Positions 54,120 through 64,000 of a DNA stretch of 64,000 nucleotides are shown piece after piece. The first letter of the stretch is position 1, and each line of letters begins with the position of its first letter. This stretch comes from Octopus sinensis (Eukaryota), in the NCBI RefSeq assembly GCF_006345805.1, contig NC_043009.1:2728001-2792000 (forward strand), given 5' to 3'. The notes below the pieces were generated by a model. That model was not told the DNA's origin. It made no database searches and saw only the letters and a list, made by a program, of their open reading frames with translations. A program made the translations under genes and the position numbers.

Positions 54120-56361
54120 TAATAATGATCTGAACGCAGACCCCACACTTAGAAATAGCGCACCCGAGTCGCCCACATTTGGGGCGATCGCAAATGTCAA
54201 CCCAACCGGAGTGCAATGGAAGGGCCTCACTCTGGGAAAACCACCTTGTTGATCATGGTTTACCCCTGTGTGAGGTAACTTATTGTTTATATGTATAATA
54301 ATAATAATGAAATAAAATTTAATTTAAATGAATAAATAGAAAGTATAGGATGAGAGAGAAAGAGAAAATATCAAAATATCATAATATATCCTTACGTTCC
54401 TTCAGAAAATTTATTTCAAGACTTTAATGTAAAAAACAATAATAATAAACTATTGCATAAGAAAATATTAATAAAATTCAGACATACAGCGTTCCCTTAG
54501 AGGCACCGGAAGTAAATATGCTATGAAACATGCTTAAGGGCATGAAAGAATTATTAAGAAAATAAACATTATGTAAGAGGAAATAGTTATACATAAAGAA
54601 ATAAATTGAAAATAACATAAAATAAAATAAATGACAGTGAATTACGTAAAATACATTCATGTATGCAGGGATGTGGGGAAAATATGTATATAAAGACAGC
54701 AAAGCCGGAACAACTTTAAACAGGGGCATATCTGAAAGAGTGCAATCAGAGGTAGTGATAATATATTTGTGCATTTAAGCAGTGAATTAGGAATCGGCTC
54801 AATATGCTATTAATTTGGCACAGTGTAGTACTAAATAAAATATAGTATAAAATAAATTATTAAATAAATAAGTAAAAATATAAAACACAATCGAGGATAA
54901 AGAAAGAAATTAGTAATAAATCAGGATTAAAACAGATTTATACCTATGTATATACGATGATTCATAACCCTCTTTATTAGTGGGATAAACATATCTATGT
55001 AGTTCATATACAAGTAGAGGTATTATATACGAAATATTAAGACTAATTGAGAAATAAGCTTAATTATACATCAGAAATATAATCCGTCATTCTCTTTATA
55101 AACACTGTGATACACAGTTAAGGGGAGGTAATATGAGATTTACCAAAGACTTTGAATTTTCATAAACTAGTATATTACAAGACTTAACATGCATTTAATT
55201 AGGTAGATCAATTTATATGCAAAATGGAATTTTATAAAAAGAATAAGTTAAGTAAAAATAAAGTAAAATAAAATACAATAGTTAAACTTAGCACATAACA
55301 AAGTTGTCATATTTATAATTAATAAATTGTATTCTATTAATTATCACTTTGAGTTTAATTTAAGTTGTTCTTGAGTGAATCCAATTTGGTCAGAAAGCGA
55401 CAAGAGCTTTCGAGTTGAGAGAGTTCTGGTAAATATCTGGTTGATTTGGTGTGTTGATTGAACTATCTGTTGACATAAGAATCACAGATGGAGAAATTTT
55501 GGAATGTATTACAAATCTTCATTGTGCCACTGATTGGATTTGAAAAAAACTTCGTCAGTTACTTTCGCACTTTTTCATACATGTATGTATGTATGTTTGT
55601 ATGTGTCTTCTATTTTTTAATTGTTATAAATATTCCACTGCATTTTTCCAACAAAGATACAAGGGTCCATCTTTGGGATGTAGTTAACACAGACAAATTC
55701 ATATCCGGAAGCTGAGAAAAGTCTTCCGTAGGTTTATTAGTCAACTCACAGATTGCACTTGTAATGTATGAATCAGTCGGTCAATTTCTCTTTCTAAATA
55801 TCCCAGTTTATCCACATTCTTCTTTAAGCATTTACTAACAAAACCTAGTCCTCCAGTGATAGATATGTAATTTTTTGGGGACTAATGCGTCAATTAGTGT
55901 GTTAAGTGAAGCACTACGCAGTTTGGGCAACCTGGTGTTATTCGTGGTTGGAGTATATTTCTGCTCGAGCTACTTCAGGAATTCTGCAGTTTAAGTGATT
56001 GTAATAACTGAAGCAGGAAACAGAAGATAGATTTCTTAATAGTGTTTATACACCACGACGATCGTTTCGACTTATCCTGTTATACAATGGCATTATAGGA
56101 GGAAATGAAACCTACATGTAATATTGTTCCCATTAAAAAAATGCCTTTGGCATCGACTTCGCTGTTGTATTACATATAATGGCATGGCCTTAATTCACTT
56201 GAATCAAATGTCTAGTTTTCGTGTCGAATTTTGTATTTGTAAATCTACACACGTCATGATAAGTGGCTCTTAGAAGCTAGACGCACGGGTTCTTTTTACT
56301 TTATCCTTAGTGCAGTGTAGTTTTCCCCAACAAGTGACAGATCATTAGGGAAGCTATGTCC

Positions 56362-56584
56362 GTTATGGGTGGGAGTTTCTGCATCGAAAACAGTTGCATC
56401 AATCTTTGCAGTTTGTGTCACATCAGGTACATGCGTAACAACTCAGCTGGCACGAGCAACATGCCTAGGACATCTCAGTCGGTATATCTGGCGGAAGATT
56501 CAATTTTTTATGCATGTACCTGATGTAATACAAACTGCACAGATTGATGCAACACCATTAGATGCACAAAATCCTACCCCTAAC
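56362..56584. repeat. ~220-bp fold-back (MITE-like) with ~70-bp imperfect arms
   Basis: GTTGCATCAATCTTTGCAGTTTGTGTCACATCAGGTACATGC versus GCATGTACCTGATGTAATACAAACTGCACAGATTGATGCAAC. Outer arms TTATGGGTGGGAGTTTCTGCATC / GATGCACAAAATCCTACCCCTAA. Confidence 0.75.
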
Positions 56585-56794
56585 AGTTTCAGGATGGGCC
56601 GAAATAATTGTACGGAATAAAAACTACTACACAATCAATCGTCCGTTTCCTTCATCATTTATTATTATTATTATCATCATCATCATTATTATTATTATTT
56701 TTATTATTATTATTATTATTATTGTTGTTGTTGTTGTTGTTGTTATTATTATTATTATTATTATTTTAATTATCATTATTATTATTATTATTGG

Positions 56795-57100
56795 GTGAGA
56801 CAGCAGTGCATGCCATCAAAGTGACACTGGGGTAAAATATACGAAGCCCGGTATACCCATCATTACTACACGACTTATAAGTTTACACCAAAGATATGCA
56901 TCACAACTATTTGTGGGCGATATGGTAATCTCTTATCAAGATACACACCACAAGACCTTGCAGGTGGGACCCACTTAAAATTTTCTTCCAGTTGAGTAGT
57001 CCATCCTGCTCAAACACCCAGAATAAATGTCGTTTAAGGATGTTGAACGAAACTCCCATGTTACCAGAGGTCAATGATTCAAAGTCCATGCTCCCCCCAC
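56795..57100 (-). mobile_element. Probable 3' end of a non-LTR retroelement or SINE with an (AAT)n tail
   Basis: Non-coding, more GC-rich segment ending ..GCACTGCTGTCTCACCCAATAATAAT on the minus strand. Family not assigned. Confidence 0.45.
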
Positions 57101-58499
57101 TATTTCTGCCCCTTTTCATACGTTTTCAACTGTTTCCCGTCCACCACTCGGATCTGAGAAAAACTATTTCTGCTATTGAAAATTCGTTTTCAACTGTTAA
57201 AATACGCCTTTCATCTTTCTCGGAATATGACCAGAAATGTCTAATTACTTTAATTTGTCAACATACATAACATACATAGTATATAAGATAGCATTTTCAG
57301 AATACTAGACTGTACACTGGCAACTGGAACGGCACAGGCAAAAATATTATAATCTCTTTTATACTGGCCATCGTTAACGATTTGCATTTTCATTTCTGTT
57401 CTTAAATTATTTTGTCGAACCTTGTTTTTACAGGATGAACATGATTAATCGTTTACACGATTATAATGATGATTGTACAGCCACCATGACATTCGTAGTC
57501 TTTCCTTATCTCTAACTCCACATCCTCTTCTGCCTCATCGAAATTACAATCATCACCATCACATATTGCCTGATAACCGAATCAATGGAATTCCTATGTT
57601 TTTAAATCCCTATGTCAATATTTGTATCATTACTGGAACTAAGGACGATCTGATAATTGCATTTATCGATTATTTCTGTCATCATTTAAATTTTTGTTTT
57701 TAGTGTTATTGTATGACTCATTCGGCAAGGCTTTACTAGCGGTTTCTATTTAATAATTTTGAAAAAAAATCCATTCGTTTCTTTCTTCTGAGCTTCGTAT
57801 CCGTTATTTTAATTTTCTTCTACTAATCTGTATAGTGGTTCAATCCCCTCCCATTTTTATAATATCTAAAACACTTCAATAACATGGGCCCAAGATATTG
57901 CCATGTAACGTGGATATTTTGGCTTTATGAAACATTGTTCGCATTGTCATCTTTTGCAATCAACTTTCCTCAGAGATGTTCCAAGTTTTATGTCAGGGTT
58001 ATTAAGGTAAAGAACGAAAATTACACAACATTTTTTCATGTTTATCTGTTTTAACATTCTGAATTTTTCAACAATACATTCTTCGATTGTGATATTTGTT
58101 ACATTAGTTTGTATAATAATTATCACTAGTACAACAGCTGTATTATTTATGTTCGCTTCTTTTTACTAAGCACGTATACTTCATATTCTTATACTAAGAC
58201 ACATTTATGTGGGTATGGGTGTTTCTTATATTTTTCTATAATTGCAGACAATGTGTATCAATGGCAGCTCCATCAATCACTTGTATCTTACGGACTCTGT
58301 GAATACGGTTACTTATGATAAATAGTTTCGAACATAAACGGAGTATATTGTTTATTTGGTTTTACTTCATTTTTGGAAATACAGCGATCGCCTATATAGT
58401 AAAAGTATTCGGAATATGATGGATGTGTCATACACACACACACACACATACACACACATACACACACACGCACACACACACACACACACACACTCACAT

Positions 58500-58577
<78 letters not shown>

Positions 58578-60104
58578 CGCAGAAACATTACTAGTAGAAC
58601 TGAACTAAATCACCTTCAGCTGTGAATTGGTCATGTGCTTCTGTCTGCACTCGCTAGAAAATGATCGTTGTATTGCACTCTCCAATATTGTATTTCACTA
58701 ATGTTGTTTTTTTATGCAACTACATAATAAGTAAGGGAGATAAATGAGATTGGTAGAAAATGCACAGCTATGAAAATGACTGAAGCAAATTGAAGAGGAT
58801 GTAGTATAACATAAAGAGAGATAAGTGTACTAAATCGAATCTAAGTGCATATACTTTTTGCTATAAACGTCTTGGCACAACTGTGATGTTAATACTACTG
58901 TACGATCATATATTTAATTCTGATCATAAAAATGAATGGATTCCATCTTTTTATCTGTAAAGCTTCTGGTGAATTACATTTTTTCTTTCCAGCGTGATTT
59001 CATTTGGTTTTGTAAACAAAAATGGCTTGTAGCTGTCTGTCTAGAACATTAAACTGAATTGTACTTGGTTAGCATGTTTATTAAACGTTGAAGGTATTTA
59101 AGGAGGAAATGAGTCCTCCATGGAATGTTGTTCACATTAAAAAATGCCGTTGGCCTCGACTTCGCCGTTGCATTATATATAATGCTTCTGCCTTAATTCA
59201 ATTGAATGAAATGTCTATAGGTTTCGTGTAATTTTGTATTTGTAAATCTACACGTCATGGTAAGTGGCTCTTGGAATCTAGACGCATGGGGTCTTTTTAC
59301 TTAACTAAATTCCCCACAGAAACTTCCTTAGTTCAGTGTAGTCTTCGCCAACAATTGATAGACCATGAGGGAACATAAAATGCGATGCAGTAAACTGCTA
59401 CAGAGGGGGTAGGAATAGGGTGCACGTATTACATTAGTTACTTCTCAGTAATGTTAATAATGTATTTGATTCCTATTTACTGAACGGTATATTTACATTT
59501 AATTCATTATTAACTTTATATTTCATTATTTATCGGACGTTGAGTCATGGTTTTCTGCGAGAAATTGATAATCTGCATTTATTTCATTGCACGAACTACG
59601 ATGTTTCGTGAAATTTTCCTGTTGAATTAGTTTAACAATTATATTTTGCATTCCAAAATATATCTTATTTTTTGCTTATCAATAATTTCGCGTAGCTTGG
59701 TGGTTAGAGTATTCGACCCGTGATCGTATGGCATTAAGTTCGATCCTGCCTGCACGATGCGTCCTTGAACAAGCTATTTCATTTCCCGTCGTTCCAGGTT
59801 TCCCAGCCAGCAAAATTGAGTAGTACCTGTAATTTCAAGGGACCAACCTTGTAACGGTGCCACGCTGACTCTCCCTCAGAACTACGGTTGAAGAATGAAT
59901 GTAACTGGAACTCTCGTTGTCCTGACCGACAGACTACCAGGTATGATTGTTTAATACTTTGGAATACTTATGCATCAGATAGGATGGTTCAAACACTAAC
60001 TACACCACTGACGAATGCTTGCAGATTGTAATAACTAATAATATTATTAGTGTCGACTCGGAACATGTAAAAATTGTAATAAAACGGCCAACCGAATGAT
60101 GTTT

Positions 60105-60383
60105 CTTCCTTCTCGGGTCACGCCTGGATTATAAGGGCCGGTTTCCCGGCTTCCTTCGTGTATAGGTTCTCCACCTGGACGGGACACCGGTCCGTCGTAG
60201 AGGAAAGAGTGAGAGAAAGTTGTGGCGAAAGAGTCAGCAGAAGTTTGCCATTACTTTCTGCCGGAGCCGCGTGGAGCTTAGGTGTTTCGCTCATAAACAC
60301 ACAAAACGCCCGGTCTGAGATTCAAACCAGCGATCCCTCGACCGCGAGTCCGCTGCTCTAACCACTAGTCCATGCGCCTCCAC
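60105..60383 (-). mobile_element. Family C variant SINE
   Basis: Homologous to 42010-42318, with GTGGAGGCGCATGGACTAGTGGTTAGAGCAGCGGAC head on the minus strand. Confidence 0.8.
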
Positions 60384-61256
60384 CAACAGAATGATGCGCA
60401 GTATTATCATATACGCATTTATAGATTTTAAGATATTTCATAAGCATTGTCAAAAGGCAGTGACGAATGTATGTCGACGTCTATTGAAGAATACCTGTAT
60501 TTGTAGAGATTATGAGTTAAATCTATTGCGAGGAGTCTGTTTACTATAAAATCGTATAACTGGTATAAATATTATTTCGTACAGGTTGATATATTTTCGA
60601 AGAATTATTATACATGGTTGCAGATACACAATACAGAATTGTATAGAACATAAGTTAAACAGCAGTGCATGTAAAGTATCGATACATGTCAAATCTTTGT
60701 TGCTTCTGTTTCAAAGCATTAATCCATATTACTCAGATTTCTCCTTATTTCTCCTTCGGATTTCCAACAGCCTGACATTCTTAAGCTGTCATTTCAAGTA
60801 TTTGCAAAGTTGAAAGTAACTTTATACTTTACTTACGTAAATGTCACTAGAGAACCCTAAACAGATTGCTATCAATTGATCTCACTATGTATTGCTTAGA
60901 TGTTGAATATCCCCGTGTACTTGTTAAAGACACAAGTATATGAAAGCGCTCTTAATGTTGTCAGCTATTCGTTTGATATCTCATTGGACATTAGCTTTGC
61001 ACTTCAAAACTTCATTTACTAGTAACAGCCTCTTTAGTACAATATGTTGCTTTAATTCTTTAGTGCACGAACAATTTTATCTGAAACGCATAAGGCTTCA
61101 TACACTTTTTTGAAAGTTTCCAATCCCATGGAATTTTCTGTACATCCGGTTTCGAGGTCAAAGAAAAGAAATCGAGTCTTTTAATCAATCTTTTCCACAC
61201 CATGCCTAATGTAAACACACACACACACACACATACACACACACACACACACACAC

Positions 61257-61310
<54 letters not shown>

Positions 61311-62766
61311 ATCCAAGGAAAATTAACTGCAAGCAATCTGTAGTAAATATAAAAGACAAATTTCAGGGAAAATATTAATTCATAGCTAGGGCCATTACAG
61401 GTGCTAAGACTCCGAGACAGAGTAGACCTAGGGACAGCTGTGGCTAAGAGATGGTTCCACACTCTTCAAACTGAAGGTTGTGGATTTTTTTTCTTATCAA
61501 GGTACGATTAATTGAAAAAAAGTTTCTTTTGTATTTCACAATAGGCAACCAGGGTTGCCGGGTATGCGAATAAGAATACAAGAGTTGAGGAATGGCGCAG
61601 ATAAGATCCGGGCAACATATGTTCTATAGCAAGCGGAACCCGGAAAGTGGTAAAAATTCAAGCGAGGTGTTTACCGCTGGCAAATATTCAGGCTAAGGAT
61701 ATCTCGTTTAAATGTAAGTTTACATTGTCGCAAGGAGGTAAGTGCTAACACATGGAAGATTCAATCCGAATGTGTAAAGAGCACAGCAGGAGTGGAGACT
61801 ATAAACGCAGATAAACGTATAAATGTAATTAGGATTAAAAAAGGAAAGAAAAGGAGAAAAAACAAGGGAATGAAAAGAAAGGGGAACTTAAGCAGAGTCA
61901 TTTCACCGGTAGTACACAAAACGGCTATTTTGGCCGAATGACAGAAATTAGCAAGGAGAGTTGTATTTGTAAAAAAGACAATCGAGAGGGAAGAGGATGG
62001 GGAAGTAACTTCGGTCAAGGGGGAAGAAAACGGATGCATGAAGAAAGCAAGCTAGAACGGTCAAGAATCGTGGCTGCTACCACCAGCAATCAATCATGGT
62101 GTGTATATTGTGTTAACTTCTACAAGGAAAGGATTCCCAGACTCCTCGCTCGAGCCCTTTTTAGTCACCTGTTACGCCACGCAGGGAATACGGCGACTGC
62201 ATTCTACCGATGCCCCCACCCCAGTCGCAGTGCGGTTTGCTAGCTAACTCATAGCTGGAGCCCTTACAGGTGCTACGACTCCGAGACAGAGTAGACCTGG
62301 GAACAATAGTGGCTAAGAGATGGTTCCACACTCCTCAAACACTGAAAACAGGGCCCCACGATCCCACTACCGTATGCATAAAATCTGATGTTGCACAAAG
62401 GGGTACGGAACCAGTATGATGCAGCCGGGGTAAACCAGGATATGCTGTAGAGTCCCGCTGCTGATATGGTGGGTGAGGCATAAATTCTTGTCAAATGTTC
62501 TAGAATAAACTCCATTAAACCTTCGCTGAAATCATCGGACAAATCATAATCAAAATATATGAGTGAGAGTGTTGTTGTACCAAACCCAATGTTGGAGTAA
62601 GATACAACAATAAATAAATATTCAAATCCCTTCTTACAATCTTCTATATATTGATAAAAGTCTCTCGAATTAAAGAGTTACGATGATATCATGATATATT
62701 TCAATGCATAGTGCTATTTTAATCTTCAGAAACTTGCTTTGTGTCTATTTATCCATAGTAAGACTT

Positions 62767-63315
62767 CGAGCTGGCAGAAACGTTAGCATGCAGGGCGAAA
62801 TGCTTAGAGGTATTTCGTCTGCCGCTACGTTCTGAGTTCAAATTCCGCCGAGGTCAACTTTGCCTTTCATCCTTTCGAGGTCGATTAAATAAATACCAGT
62901 TATGCACTGGGGTCGATATAATCGCCTTAATCCGTTTGTCTGTTCTTGTTTGTCCTCTCTGTTTTTAGCCCCTTGTGGCTAGTAAAGAAATAGGTATTTC
63001 GTTTGCCGTTACGTTCTGAGTTCCAATTCCGCTGAGGTCGACGTTGCCTTCACTCCTTTCGAGGTCGATAAATTAAGTAGCACGTTACGCACTGTGGTCG
63101 ATGTAATCGATTTAATTCGTTTCTCTGTCCTTGTTTCTCCTCTAAGTGCTTAGCCCCTTGTGGGCAATAAAGAAATAAGAAACGCTAGCACGCCGGGTGA
63201 AATGCATAGCGCTATTTCATCTGTCTCTACGTTCTGAGTTTAAATTGCGCCGAGGTCGACTTTGCCTGTCATCACTTTGGGTATCGATAAATTAAGTACC
63301 AGTTGCATACTGGGT
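62767..63315 (+). mobile_element. Tandem/nested family A SINE cluster (three bodies)
   Basis: CGTTCTGAGTT(C/T)(A/C)AATT..GAGGTC(G/A)AC at ~62828, ~63012 and ~63231. Confidence 0.85.
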
Positions 63316-63855
63316 CGTGTACCTAGAGTAGAAAAGAATATTTATTCATAGTGATATTATTCCTTTTATCTCATATCTCAAATTTATTGACATCCAGAAC
63401 TTTGAAATATATCAAATAATTGATATAAACCAAATTTCTGCGTTCCTTTTAAATTTCATTATAAGGAGCGATTTTAGACTTATAAGCCCGCCATCAAAGA
63501 ATAATTTACAAATAAATTGAACATATTTGTGATCTTTCTGTTTCAAACCTTCTGTGTCCCTCCATTTTTTGTCACACCAGGGTATATTAAAAGGAAAATC
63601 CCCATGCAACTTTTTCTGTTTCACTGGCGAATTGACCACTACTCTGCGCACTGCTACTGATAGAGTTGTGTCATTAGAGAGGTTTACAATAATATTCTAT
63701 TTAACGGAATACGTAGCTCTGACTTTATTTTCAGGGATCTCATCGTAACAGGTCCATTCACACATCAATTATACACACGTTTGATTCACTTCTGTTAAAA
63801 GTCATCATTGCCAAGTAGATTCCCTTATAATCGGAAGGTATCTGCCGTAAACTCC

Positions 63856-63924
<69 letters not shown>

Positions 63925-63953
63925 CACACACACACACATATATATATATATAC

Positions 63954-63994
<41 letters not shown>

Positions 63995-64000
63995 AGAGAG

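Noticed and set aside
54494-54540. Hammerhead-like CCCTTA...GAAACATG..TAAGGG
   Set aside because: CUGANGA is incomplete and U16.1 is mutated. Similar partial motifs near 21780, 23930, 55400 and 56053 were also not called.
61385-62345. Duplicated ~95-bp segment (61385-61478 / 62253-62345) as LTRs of a retroelement
   Set aside because: No TG..CA ends, PBS/PPT or pol motifs between the copies. More likely two copies of an interspersed repeat.

Overview
AT-rich, repeat-saturated animal genomic DNA. The tRNA-derived SINE types and the dense (TA)n/(AAT)n/(CTAT)n microsatellites suggest an octopus or other cephalopod genome (inference). No intact protein-coding gene can be supported, and nearly all ORFs in the track are microsatellite artefacts. 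Recognisable mobile DNA: many tRNA-headed SINEs; a decayed Hsmar1/cecropia-like mariner with TIRs; two other mariner relics and a mariner-type MITE; and a cluster of R4/Dong-clade RLE non-LTR retrotransposon pieces embedded in (TAA)n, the best preserved of which lacks its RT domain. The main unannotated signal is RNA structure. Manual folding finds about 19 type I hammerhead ribozyme (HHR) motifs (CUGANGA...GAAA...UH with pairing stem I, mostly with a short palindromic stem III) in roughly nine unrelated repeat families, many with fold-back ends typical of Penelope-like elements. The standout is a head-to-tail array of ~473-bp units (49716-51180), each with a minus-strand HHR and several hairpins. 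It would self-process into ~473-nt monomers, making it a retrozyme/circular-RNA-like element. A second notable class joins a tRNA-derived Pol III head, an (AAT)n spacer and an HHR tail. All ribozyme calls are from by-eye folding, and activity is untested.
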